DNA from: Mycobacteriales bacterium
GTDB lineage: Bacteria; Actinomycetota; Actinomycetes; BP-191
Reading direction: 5' to 3'
Assembly (NCBI GenBank): GCA_046590575.1
Contig: JBKJUS010000165.1
Location: forward strand, 8,635-72,634
DNA: 64,000 nucleotides
Of this stretch, positions 1-9,006 are shown in pieces; within the stretch, counting starts at the first letter, position 1; every line of letters begins with the position of its first letter. The position numbers and the translations under genes were made by a program. The notes beneath the pieces are model-generated. The model did not search any database. It was not told the DNA's origin and saw only the letters and a list, made by a program, of their open reading frames with translations.

Positions 1-492
1 GTCGGCGTCGCCGTGCTGGAGGCCGGCCACCCGGTCACGCGGGGCGCGCTCGGGGGCGGCCTGCAGGGGGGTCAGATCCCGCTGCCCGGAGGCGACCCGC
101 GGTTCCTCGACACGAGCGATCACTACGACACGCTCGAGGCACTCTGCCGAGCGCGGCGCATCGTCGACTACACCCTCGATGCGGGGGGCACCGACCAGAC
201 GGTCGAAGAGGTCTTCGCGGCGTACGCCGCGGGTGCCGCCGCCGCGCAGGCCGGCGTCGAGCGATGGCGCGCCGCCATGGTGCTGGCAGTCCGCGCGCTG
301 GCCAACGCGCACGGCGCCGACGCCGTCGTGGTCGGCGGGGGACCGCTCACGGAGGGTGGCCCGCTGCTGGCTGGCGTCGAGGCGGCGGTGCAGGCACAGC
401 TGTGGCCGACGCACACCCTCGCCGTACGTCGTGCCGCGCTCGGCGACGCAGCCGCACTGCTTGGCCTGGCGGAGCTCCTGGCCCGGCACTGA
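1..492 (+). CDS. ROK-family sugar kinase/regulator, C-terminal part (5' end lies outside the window)
   Basis: The frame is open from base 1 (track ORF 13..492). The C-terminal segment VVVGGGPLTEGGPLL...AALLGLAELL resembles the ROK/glucokinase C-terminus. Stop is TGA 490-492. Confidence 0.5.
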   Translation, partial: VGVAVLEAGHPVTRGALGGGLQGGQIPLPGGDPRFLDTSDHYDTLEALCRARRIVDYTLDAGGTDQTVEEVFAAYAAGAAAAQAGVERWRAAMVLAVRALANAHGADAVVVGGGPLTEGGPLLAGVEAAVQAQLWPTHTLAVRRAALGDAAALLGLAELLARH

Positions 493-652
493 CCACCATT
501 GCCTAGCCTGTGCGGACGGCTTAGGGTCGGTCATCTTAGGATTACAGGTTGCCTGGGTTCCACTACGTGAGCGCGAAACACGGTCGCGCGGCACGATAGG
601 CGGAGGGGCCCACGGGGCGGCGCACCGAGCGAAAGGCGTAGCGGTTTTCCGC

Positions 653-2950
653 ATGACGGCGACGACGGCTCGCGAGATCCCGCGCGACCCCAAGGTGCTC
701 GCGCACGCCCTCTGGGCCGCTGCTCGGCGGCGCAGTGATGTCGTCGCCCTCACCGCCATCGTGGTCAGCACTGTGGTCTTCCCGAGACGCAGCCCGCTTG
801 GCGTCTACGGCCTCGGTGTCGTCACGGGATCGCTGTTCGCTCTCAACGCGATCGGCCTGGTGCTCGTCTACCGCAGCAACCGCATCATCAACTTCGCCCA
901 GGTGGCCGTGGGCGGCGTAGGTGCCACCTTCTTTGCGACGAGTGTGACCTATGAACCGCTGCTGCGGTTCTGCCTGGACAAGGGCGTGTTCGACACCGAG
1001 CCCTCGTGGTTCACCACGGCCAACTACTGGGCCTCAGCAGTCGTCGGGTTGGCGCTGTCGGTGCTGCTCGGCTGGTTGATCCACACCTTCGTCGTACGCC
1101 GATTCGCCGACGCTCCGCGGCTCGTGGCGACCGTGACGACGATTTTCCTCGTGTCGGTCTGCGGCTTGATCAGTCGGGAGATCCGCAGCTCGAAGATCCT
1201 GCGCAGCACGGACCAGATCGAGGCGCAGGTGCAGGTTGGCGCCCCGGATCCGCCGTTCGACATCACGATTGACTTGCCCGGCGTACGACTCACCAGCCGT
1301 GACCTGCTCGCCGTCGGCATTGTCGCCCTCGTGATCCCGCTGCTCACGCTCTACTTCCGCCGGTCCAGCACGGGTGTGGCGATTCGCGCGGCGGCCGACA
1401 ACCCGTCCCGGGTGGCGTCACTTGGCGTCGACGTCAATGTCGTCGTCGGCAAGGTCTGGCTGATAGCCGCCCTGCTCTCCGGGCTCGCAGCCATCCTCAC
1501 CACGATGGGCAGCGGGCCGCCGCCGGACGGCGTCGAGATCAACGTCGGTCTCCTCGTCCGCATCCTTGCGGCGGCGGTGATCGCCCGTCTCGTCAGCCTG
1601 CCGGTGGCCGGGATCGCGGCCATCGGGCTTGGTGTCCTGCAGGAGACGATGCTGTTCTCGTTCGGCACGCCGCTGCTGCTCGACGCGTTCCTCGTCCTGA
1701 TCATCGGCTTGGTGCTCATGCTGCAGCGAATCACCGCCGTGCGGGCCGACGTCGACGTCGCGAGCTCCTGGCGGGCGGCGCGTGAGGTGCGCCCGATCCC
1801 GGGGGAGCTACGCGGCCTTCCCGAAGTCGTGAAGTGGGTGCGCATCGGCGCCTGCAGCGCGGCGGTGCTGGTTCTGGGCGCTCCGTGGGTGCTCTCACCC
1901 AGCCAGACCGACTTGGCGTCCTACGTCCTGATCGCCACCATGATGTTCCTGTCGGTGCTCGTGCTGACCGGCTGGGCCGGCCAGATCAGTCTCGGACAGT
2001 TCGCGTTCGCCGCCATCGGCGCGTGGGTGACCGGCGCATCCGGCTGGCCCTTCCCGGTGGCCGTGGTTGCCGGCGCTGCTGCGGGTGGAGCTGCGGCACT
2101 GGTGGTCGGCATACCCGCGCTCAAGCTGCGCGGTCTCCACCTCGCGATCATGACCCTGGCCTTCAGCCTCGCAGTGACGACGTTCGTGCTGAACCCTCGT
2201 TACCTCGGTAAGCACCTGCCGAGTGACGTCACGCGCCCGTCGCTCCTCGGCATGAATCTCGATGACGGCCGGGTCTTCTTCTACGTCCTCCTTCTGCTGC
2301 TGGTCCTCGTTGCTGGTGCAGTTGCCGGGCTGCGACGTAGCGCCACCGCGAGAGCACTCATCGCGGCCCGCGACAACGAGGCGGCGGCGCAGGGCTTCGG
2401 CATCAACCTGCTGCGGGCGCGGCTTCAGGCGTTTGCCGCCTCCGGGGCGATCGCGGGCTTCGCCGGCTCGTTGCTCGCCTACCAACAGAACTCCGTCATC
2501 CCCGACAGCTTCAGCGCCGCTCAGAGCCTGCAGGTGTTCCTCTACGCCGTGATCGGCGGCCTCGGAGCGGTCAGCGCCCCACTGATCGCCGGCGTCTACT
2601 TCGCGCTGGTCACAGTCCTCGACTTGCCCGCGGACCTCGTCCAGCTGATGACCGGCGCAGGCGGTGTGCTGCTGCTTATGGTGGCGACCGGTGGACTCGC
2701 GCAACTCGTCTTCGACCTGCGCGACAACCTGCTGCGTGGCGTCGCCCGCCGCCGCAAGATCATCGTGCCGAGTCTGCTCGCCGACCAGCGGGACAGCGGG
2801 ATCGGGGAGTCCCGGCTGGCTATCACGCCGAAGCGCCGCCGCGGGGGTGGCACGGAGTTCGTGCCGGCACGCTATCGACTCGACGGCCAGCACGGCATTC
2901 CGGTGCCGGTCAGCCCACCGGGGGAGTCCGTCGCAGGTGCCCGTGGTTGA
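653..2950 (+). CDS. Fused LivH-LivM type ABC permease (branched-chain amino acid / HAAT family)
   Basis: Track ORF 179..2950, trimmed to ATG 653 (MTATTAREIP) just before the first hydrophobic segments. The N half is LivH-like (LVYRSNRIINFAQVAVGG). The C half is LivM-like (GQISLGQFAFAAIGAWV, ARDNEAAAQGFGINL). Many TM segments. Confidence 0.8.
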   Translation: MTATTAREIPRDPKVLAHALWAAARRRSDVVALTAIVVSTVVFPRRSPLGVYGLGVVTGSLFALNAIGLVLVYRSNRIINFAQVAVGGVGATFFATSVTYEPLLRFCLDKGVFDTEPSWFTTANYWASAVVGLALSVLLGWLIHTFVVRRFADAPRLVATVTTIFLVSVCGLISREIRSSKILRSTDQIEAQVQVGAPDPPFDITIDLPGVRLTSRDLLAVGIVALVIPLLTLYFRRSSTGVAIRAAADNPSRVASLGVDVNVVVGKVWLIAALLSGLAAILTTMGSGPPPDGVEINVGLLVRILAAAVIARLVSLPVAGIAAIGLGVLQETMLFSFGTPLLLDAFLVLIIGLVLMLQRITAVRADVDVASSWRAAREVRPIPGELRGLPEVVKWVRIGACSAAVLVLGAPWVLSPSQTDLASYVLIATMMFLSVLVLTGWAGQISLGQFAFAAIGAWVTGASGWPFPVAVVAGAAAGGAAALVVGIPALKLRGLHLAIMTLAFSLAVTTFVLNPRYLGKHLPSDVTRPSLLGMNLDDGRVFFYVLLLLLVLVAGAVAGLRRSATARALIAARDNEAAAQGFGINLLRARLQAFAASGAIAGFAGSLLAYQQNSVIPDSFSAAQSLQVFLYAVIGGLGAVSAPLIAGVYFALVTVLDLPADLVQLMTGAGGVLLLMVATGGLAQLVFDLRDNLLRGVARRRKIIVPSLLADQRDSGIGESRLAITPKRRRGGGTEFVPARYRLDGQHGIPVPVSPPGESVAGARG

Positions 2951-5900
2951 CCTCCGCAACGACCACGAGCTGCAACGAGTCGCCGGCCCGGTGGGTCATG
3001 GGGAGCTGACCCAGCGCCGACTCGTGCCGACCGGTCGGGAGCAGGCTCTCGGCCGATCCGCAGACGTGGTCACGTTCGAATCGACCGTCGAGGTCGACGA
3101 CGTGTCCACCGAGCAGCGGTCGCCGAGGCGTCGGCGGGTCACGTCCTATGTCCGCAACCTCGACCCCCGGCTGGTCGGCGCGCCGCTGTTCCCGATGGTC
3201 GCCATCTCCCTGGTGTCGACGCTGCAGCAGGTCGAGCTGCGAGCCATCGGCCTGTCGCTGCCGGAGATCCGCACGGACACCGGTCTCAGCCTCACCGCGC
3301 TGCTGTTCGCCATCTCGATGCTGTCCTACGGAACGCAGCTCGCGCTGCCGCTTATGGGCTGGCTGGCTGATCGCCGATCGCGCGTGGCCATGATGCGCAT
3401 CGGTGCGGGCCTGGCCGCTGTCGGCAACGTCGTCTTCGCGTTCGGCGGCTCGATCGCGACGCTCGCGCTCGGTCGGTTGGGAGCGGCATCCGGCGACACC
3501 GTGTCGAGACCCGCGGGCTACACCCTGCTGGCCGACCACTACCCGGTGCTCGCGCGAATCCGCATCGTCTTCTTCCTCTTCACGGTCGGCGGGATCCTCA
3601 ACGTCGTCGTGATCGGCACCGCGGGGTTCGCCATCGGGTCGATCGGCTGGCGTCCGGTATTCGTCGCCCTCGGCCTCGTGTACGCCCTGGGTGCATTGCT
3701 GCTGTTGCGGGTGCATGAGGTGCCGCGTGGCTACTGGGAGCGCAAGGGCCTTGGCGCCAGCGAGGAAGTGGCCCGCACGGAGCAGGCGCCGGTCAGCTGG
3801 AAGGAGAGCTGGCGCGCCGCTGCCAGCATCGGGCTTGTCCGCCGACAGTGGATCGCGGCGCCGCTCTTCGGCGTCGTCAACCTCTTCGTCACGCTCTTCG
3901 TCGGCACCTACTTCGCGCAGCGGTACGGACTGACCCCGGGTCAGCGGACCATCATCGAGATCATCAACGCGTCGGCCGTTCTTTTCGGCCTGCTCTTCAT
4001 CGGTCAGCCGCTCGCTCGACTTATCACGACCCGTCCGCGGGTGGTCATAGGTCTGCAGGCGTCCCAAGGCGTGCTCACGACGATTGGCTTCGGCAGCCTG
4101 CTCCTCGCGCCCAACCTGACGGTCTCCGTGGTCATCGTGGCGCTGATGTCGTTGGTCAGCGGCACGGTCTTTCCGCTCCAGCTGGGACTGCTCTCCTTGG
4201 TGATTCCGCCACGCCTGCGCGGCTTCGGCATGCAGACGCTCTACTTCTGGGCAGTGCCGTCCGCGGTGATCTTCGCGGTCATCGGCGGGCAGTCGGCGAC
4301 CCGCGGTCTCGGTCAGACCCTGCTGTTCATGGCGCCCTTCGGCCTTGCTGCGAGCATCGTGCTGCTGACCGCGATGCCCTTAGTCGAGCGGGACATCCGC
4401 GCCGGGCTGCAGGCCAGCCTCGCGGACGAAGAGGCCCGGCTGGCCCGCGCGAGCGGCCGCAACAAGATGCTGATCTGCCGAGGTGTCGACGTCGCCTACA
4501 GCGGTGTGCAGGTGCTCTTCGGCGTCGACCTCGACGTCGAGGAGGGCGAGATCGTCGCGCTGCTCGGCACCAACGGTGCCGGCAAGTCGACGCTGCTGCG
4601 CGCGATTGCCGGGGTGCAGGAAGCGACCGGTGGAGCGATCTTCCTCGACGGCCGTGACATCACCCACGTGCCGCCGCACGAGAACGCCGCGGCGGGAGTG
4701 GTGGTCGTGCCCGGTGGTCACGCCGTGTGCGCCACGTTGACGGTGGAGGAGAACCTGCGCACCGCGGCTTGGTTGCACCGCAAGGACGAAGGCTACGTCG
4801 CGGAGCGACTCGAGCAGGCGCTCACTCTCTTCCCGGCGTTGCGAGCGCGGTTGGGATCCGACGCCGGCAACCTCAGCGGCGGAGAACAGCAGATGCTCGC
4901 CATCGCCCAGTCCTACCTGATGGATCCGCGCTTGCTGATGATTGACGAGCTCTCGCTCGGACTGGCACCGCAGGTGGTCGAGACCTTGCTCGACTCCTTG
5001 CGGGCCATCAACGCCAGCGGCACGACGATCCTGCTGGTCGAGCAGTCGCTGAACGTTGCGCTGACGATCGCCCAGCGCGCCGTCTTCATGGACAAGGGCG
5101 AGGTGCGGTTCGACGGCAGCACCGAAGAGCTGCTTCAACGTCCCGATCTGGTTCGGGCTGTCTTCATGGGGAGCGCCAGCAGCGGCCGCGCGATTCGCCG
5201 TCGCGCCCGGATGCCAGACGCGGAGACCGAGCGGCTGCTCGATGTCGACGGTCTCACGGTGCGCTTCGGCGGCATCAACGCGCTGACTGACGTGTCCCTG
5301 CTCGTTCGGCCGCGGGAGGTGGTCGGGATCATCGGCCCCAATGGCGCAGGCAAGACCACGTTGTTCGACGCCATCTCCGGCCTGACGCCCACCGAGAGCG
5401 GCCGAGTCGTGATCAAGGGTGGTGACGTCACCGCGCTCACCCTGGACGGCCGTGCGGCGGCCGGCCTCGGGCGGTCCTTCCAGAATGCTCGGCTCTTTCC
5501 CTCAATGACTGTCCGAGAGAACATCGCGGTCGGCCTGCATCGACACGTGAAGGCCCGCAATCCGCTGCTGGCCGCGCTGTGGGCCCCGATGGTTCGCGGC
5601 GCAGAAAGGCAGGCCCGCCTGCGAGTGGACGACGCGATCGAACTCCTAGGCCTGCATGCCTACGCCGACAAGTTCGTCGGCGAGCTGTCCACCGGCACCC
5701 GTCGAGCCGTCGACATCGCCGCCATCATGATGGCCAGTCCAGACGTGCTGCTTCTCGACGAGCCGTCATCCGGCCTTGCACAGGCCGAGACCGAGGCGCT
5801 GGGACCGATGATCCTGCGACTCGTTCGTGAGACGGGCTGCGGTGTGCTGATGATTGAGCACGACCTCCCGCTCGTCACCGGCGTCGCCGACCGGTTGATC

Positions 5901-6110
5901 GCGATGGAGCTCGGTCAGATCATCGCCATGGGCGCGCCGGACGAGGTCATGCGTGACCCTGAGGTGCGTCGTGCCTACCTCTCGGCCTCCAAGGAAGTTC
6001 TGCTCCGGTCCGGCAGCGTCCTCGGTGCCGCTCTCGCCGCTGCGGGCCTGGCTACGAATCCACCCCCTGCTGACGCACCCGTGCTTCGCACCACCATCGA
6101 GAGGACCTGA
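2937..6110 (+). CDS. Single ORF fusing an MFS-type membrane domain with LivF-like and LivG-like ABC ATPase domains
   Basis: Track ORF 2664..6110. GTG 2937 overlaps the upstream stop (2948-2950); the start is uncertain. MFS motif A-like GWLADRRSRVAMMRIG and WRPVFVALGLV. NBD1: GEIVALLGTNGAGKSTLL, LSGGEQQMLAIA, LLMIDELSLGLAP. NBD2: GIIGPNGAGKTTLF, LSTGTRRAVDIA, LLLDEPSSGLA. No stop codon lies between the three modules. Confidence 0.75.
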   Translation: MPVVDLRNDHELQRVAGPVGHGELTQRRLVPTGREQALGRSADVVTFESTVEVDDVSTEQRSPRRRRVTSYVRNLDPRLVGAPLFPMVAISLVSTLQQVELRAIGLSLPEIRTDTGLSLTALLFAISMLSYGTQLALPLMGWLADRRSRVAMMRIGAGLAAVGNVVFAFGGSIATLALGRLGAASGDTVSRPAGYTLLADHYPVLARIRIVFFLFTVGGILNVVVIGTAGFAIGSIGWRPVFVALGLVYALGALLLLRVHEVPRGYWERKGLGASEEVARTEQAPVSWKESWRAAASIGLVRRQWIAAPLFGVVNLFVTLFVGTYFAQRYGLTPGQRTIIEIINASAVLFGLLFIGQPLARLITTRPRVVIGLQASQGVLTTIGFGSLLLAPNLTVSVVIVALMSLVSGTVFPLQLGLLSLVIPPRLRGFGMQTLYFWAVPSAVIFAVIGGQSATRGLGQTLLFMAPFGLAASIVLLTAMPLVERDIRAGLQASLADEEARLARASGRNKMLICRGVDVAYSGVQVLFGVDLDVEEGEIVALLGTNGAGKSTLLRAIAGVQEATGGAIFLDGRDITHVPPHENAAAGVVVVPGGHAVCATLTVEENLRTAAWLHRKDEGYVAERLEQALTLFPALRARLGSDAGNLSGGEQQMLAIAQSYLMDPRLLMIDELSLGLAPQVVETLLDSLRAINASGTTILLVEQSLNVALTIAQRAVFMDKGEVRFDGSTEELLQRPDLVRAVFMGSASSGRAIRRRARMPDAETERLLDVDGLTVRFGGINALTDVSLLVRPREVVGIIGPNGAGKTTLFDAISGLTPTESGRVVIKGGDVTALTLDGRAAAGLGRSFQNARLFPSMTVRENIAVGLHRHVKARNPLLAALWAPMVRGAERQARLRVDDAIELLGLHAYADKFVGELSTGTRRAVDIAAIMMASPDVLLLDEPSSGLAQAETEALGPMILRLVRETGCGVLMIEHDLPLVTGVADRLIAMELGQIIAMGAPDEVMRDPEVRRAYLSASKEVLLRSGSVLGAALAAAGLATNPPPADAPVLRTTIERT

Positions 6111-6111
6111 G

Positions 6112-7152
6112 ATGGCTAGCCCGCGCTCTGTCGGAGCCCGTTCACGGCGTACGCCGAAATCGCGCGAAGAGTTCGCGACGACCTTCGAGGCGATGGTGCA
6201 GAACATCGGCAAGGTCATCAAGGGCAAGGACGACATGATCCGGCTCACGCTGACCGCGATCGTCGCCAATGGCCATGTTCTCTTCGAGGACCTTCCGGGC
6301 ACCGGCAAGACAATGCTCGCCCGCGCGATCGCCAAGACAATCGACGCCGAGCAGAACCGGATCCAGTGCACTCCCGACCTGCTGCCCGCCGACATCACCG
6401 GGTCGCCGGTGCTCGATCGGCGTACCGGTGACTTCGTCTTCCGCCCGGGGCCGATCTTCGCCAACATCTTCCTGTCTGACGAGATCAACCGCGCGTCGCC
6501 CAAGACGCAGGCGGCGATGCTCGAGGCGATGCAGGAGCGCAACGTCACAGTCGACGGGGTGAGCTATCCGCTGCCCCGCCCGTTCTTCGTCCTCGCCACG
6601 CAGAACCCCGTCGAGCAAGCCGGCACGTTCCCACTTCCCGAAGCGCAGCTCGACCGGTTCCTGTTCAAACTCTCGCTCGGCTACCCGGCGCGCCTGTCGG
6701 AGATGGATGTGCTGCTGACCAACCGCACGTCAGAGCCGATCGATGACCTCGGACCAGTCATTGACAAGGACGGCGTGGTGGAGCTCATGCGGTGGGCCGA
6801 CGAGGTGTCGGTCAGCGAGTCGGTGATGCTCTACATCATCGATCTCACCCAGGCTTCGAGGAGCGACCCGGCGTTGTCGGTCGGCGCCAGCCCGCGCGCG
6901 TCGCTGGCCCTCATGCGAGCAGCCCGGGTGCGGGCTTCGTCGCAGGGCCGCGATGACGTGCTTCCCGACGACGTCAAGTCCCTAGCCATGGCCGTGATGG
7001 CGCACCGGGTGATCCTCACTCCCGACTCCATGCTGCGGGAGGAGACCGTCGAGGCAGTCACCGAGCGGATCATCAACAAGGTCAAGGTGCCGACTGGGTT
7101 GGGCGCAACGGTCGAGTCGCCCGACCAAGCGCTCGCCGCTGCGGTCTCCTAG
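6112..7152 (+). CDS. MoxR-family AAA+ ATPase
   Basis: ATG 6112 lies 1 nt after the upstream TGA, with GAGAGGA upstream. Walker A LPGTGKTMLARAIA. LLPADITG. Walker B IFLSDEINRASPKTQAAMLEAMQE. Typical AAA_3/MoxR layout. Confidence 0.9.
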   Translation: MASPRSVGARSRRTPKSREEFATTFEAMVQNIGKVIKGKDDMIRLTLTAIVANGHVLFEDLPGTGKTMLARAIAKTIDAEQNRIQCTPDLLPADITGSPVLDRRTGDFVFRPGPIFANIFLSDEINRASPKTQAAMLEAMQERNVTVDGVSYPLPRPFFVLATQNPVEQAGTFPLPEAQLDRFLFKLSLGYPARLSEMDVLLTNRTSEPIDDLGPVIDKDGVVELMRWADEVSVSESVMLYIIDLTQASRSDPALSVGASPRASLALMRAARVRASSQGRDDVLPDDVKSLAMAVMAHRVILTPDSMLREETVEAVTERIINKVKVPTGLGATVESPDQALAAAVS

Positions 7153-7171
7153 GACCCGGCGACTCGACGCT

Positions 7172-8473
7172 ATGGCGATCGCGGTGGCACCGGCGAGAGG
7201 GACGGCGCGCGCTCTGGCAGCGCGCGGCTCCGGTCTGACCCGTGCCATCGAGCGGCGTACCGGCCTCACATCAACAGGCATCTACGTTCTACTGCTCGCC
7301 GGTGCGCTGTTCGTCGTCGCTCGACTGCTCGGCAACCAAGCGCTCTTCATGCTCACCTACGGCGCCTTCGTCGTCATCGGTCTCGCCTACGTCCTCGCCC
7401 GTCGCAAGCTCTCGGTGGAGACGCGTCGTTCGCAGCTGCCGACGCGGGTGCGCCAGGGTCAGATCATCACGGTGCAGCTCGGGCTGAAGGCCCGGCGCAA
7501 GGTCAACACCGTCGTCCTGGAGGAGGTGCTCGACGAGCACCTCGGCGCGACCGTCCGGCTACCTGTCGCGGTCCTGCCAGCTGGCGAGGAAGTCACCCAC
7601 GAGTACAGCTTCACGCCGCGGCTGCGCGGCGTCTACACCGTGGGTCCGCTTGTCGCGAGCTGGAGCGATCCGTTCGGGCTGACCCGCAAGACCGAGATCC
7701 TGAGCCCGGCCGCCGAGCTGATCGTGCACCCGCGCACGGAGTCGGCGCAGGACCGAGTGCTCAGCCGCGAGTGGGAGGACCCGCCGGTCCGTCCACCGAT
7801 CACGAAGCCGTGGCCGAGCGGCTACGAGTTCTACGGACTGCGCGACTACGTCAGTGGCGACGACCCGCGGCGCATCGTCTGGCGGGCTACGGCGCGGACC
7901 TTGGACCTCGACACCGGGCAAGGCCGCTATTTGGTGCGCGAGTCGGAGCAGGGCATCACCGACCGCGTCTCAATCCTGCTCGATAGCGGAAAGGCCGACC
8001 ACAGCCCCGGCGACCCGAGCGAGACGTTCGAGACCGCGGTGCGCGTCGCCGCGTCCCTCGCGACGCGCCACCTCAAGGACGGCTTCACAGTCACCACCCA
8101 CGTCAACAGCCAGCAGCTGCTCCGGCCAATGCGCAGCCAACGGGACGGCATCAGGCTCCTCGATGAGTTGGCGCGGCTGCAGCCTGAGCCGGAGCGGCTG
8201 ACCGGCGCGGTCGAGCGAATCCTGCGTAACACCCGACGGGACACGCACATCGCGGTGATCGCGCCGCACCTCGACCAGGCGGCGACTGGGCGGATCAAGC
8301 TGCTGATCGACCGGGGTGTCTCGGTGGTGCTCGTGCTCGTTGTCTGGGAGCAGACCGATCCGATCTCGCTGCACCGCGCTGGACAGCTCGGCTGCAACAT
8401 CGTCGAGGTCAACGCCTCCTCCTCACTCGAGGCGGTCTTCCGCACCGTCATCTCCCAGGCCGGCCGCCGATGA
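7172..8473 (+). CDS. DUF58 domain-containing protein (MoxR partner, vWA-like)
   Basis: N-terminal TM pair. DUF58 signature GLRDYVSGDDPRRIVWRATART. Sits directly downstream of MoxR. Confidence 0.85.
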   Translation: MAIAVAPARGTARALAARGSGLTRAIERRTGLTSTGIYVLLLAGALFVVARLLGNQALFMLTYGAFVVIGLAYVLARRKLSVETRRSQLPTRVRQGQIITVQLGLKARRKVNTVVLEEVLDEHLGATVRLPVAVLPAGEEVTHEYSFTPRLRGVYTVGPLVASWSDPFGLTRKTEILSPAAELIVHPRTESAQDRVLSREWEDPPVRPPITKPWPSGYEFYGLRDYVSGDDPRRIVWRATARTLDLDTGQGRYLVRESEQGITDRVSILLDSGKADHSPGDPSETFETAVRVAASLATRHLKDGFTVTTHVNSQQLLRPMRSQRDGIRLLDELARLQPEPERLTGAVERILRNTRRDTHIAVIAPHLDQAATGRIKLLIDRGVSVVLVLVVWEQTDPISLHRAGQLGCNIVEVNASSSLEAVFRTVISQAGRR

Positions 8474-9006
8474 CGATGCTCAGCGATCGCCCGCCCGCGG
8501 CCGGCGGCATCGACCCAGTCCTCACCGACCCAGACACCGGCGCGACATCGGTCGATGACGAAACGGCCGATCGCCCGGTCGGCATCATGCTCACCTGCGC
8601 CGCGGTGCTCCTCTCGTCTGCTGCGGCGGCGTGGATGCTCGCCGGGATCTTCCAAGGCGTGCTGCCCAAGGTGATGGCCTTGGCTGCCGCAGCGGCCGGT
8701 CCCGGCCTAGTTGCGGCGTCGTACCGGACGCGCCGTCCGGCAGTTGTGCAGTACCTCGCGCTGCCGCTGGCACTCGCCGCCGGCGCCGCGGTCGTCGTCC
8801 CCGCCACCACCGGCGGTTCGGCCAACTTGCCCAGCCTGGTCGTGGAGGCGGTGCGCGGGGGTGGGCTGAGCCAGCCGCCGGTGCCCTTCGAGCCGGGCTG
8901 GCGCTTTTTGCTCGTCGTACTCGTCTCCTTGCTCGGTGTCGGCGCGGCCGCGCTGACACCGCCCTCGACAAACCCCGACTCGGCATCGCGGTGCCTCTTC
9001 CGGTAG
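8470..9006 (+). CDS. Polytopic membrane segment resembling the N-terminal (DUF3488-like) part of TgpA-type transglutaminase proteins; either a separate small gene or the 5' fragment of a frame-broken gene
   Basis: ATGA overlap with the DUF58 stop (8470-8473). 178 aa with 4-5 hydrophobic helices. The reading frame ends at TAG 9004-9006, while the hydrophobic pattern continues in another frame. Confidence 0.55.
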   Translation: MTMLSDRPPAAGGIDPVLTDPDTGATSVDDETADRPVGIMLTCAAVLLSSAAAAWMLAGIFQGVLPKVMALAAAAAGPGLVAASYRTRRPAVVQYLALPLALAAGAAVVVPATTGGSANLPSLVVEAVRGGGLSQPPVPFEPGWRFLLVVLVSLLGVGAAALTPPSTNPDSASRCLFR

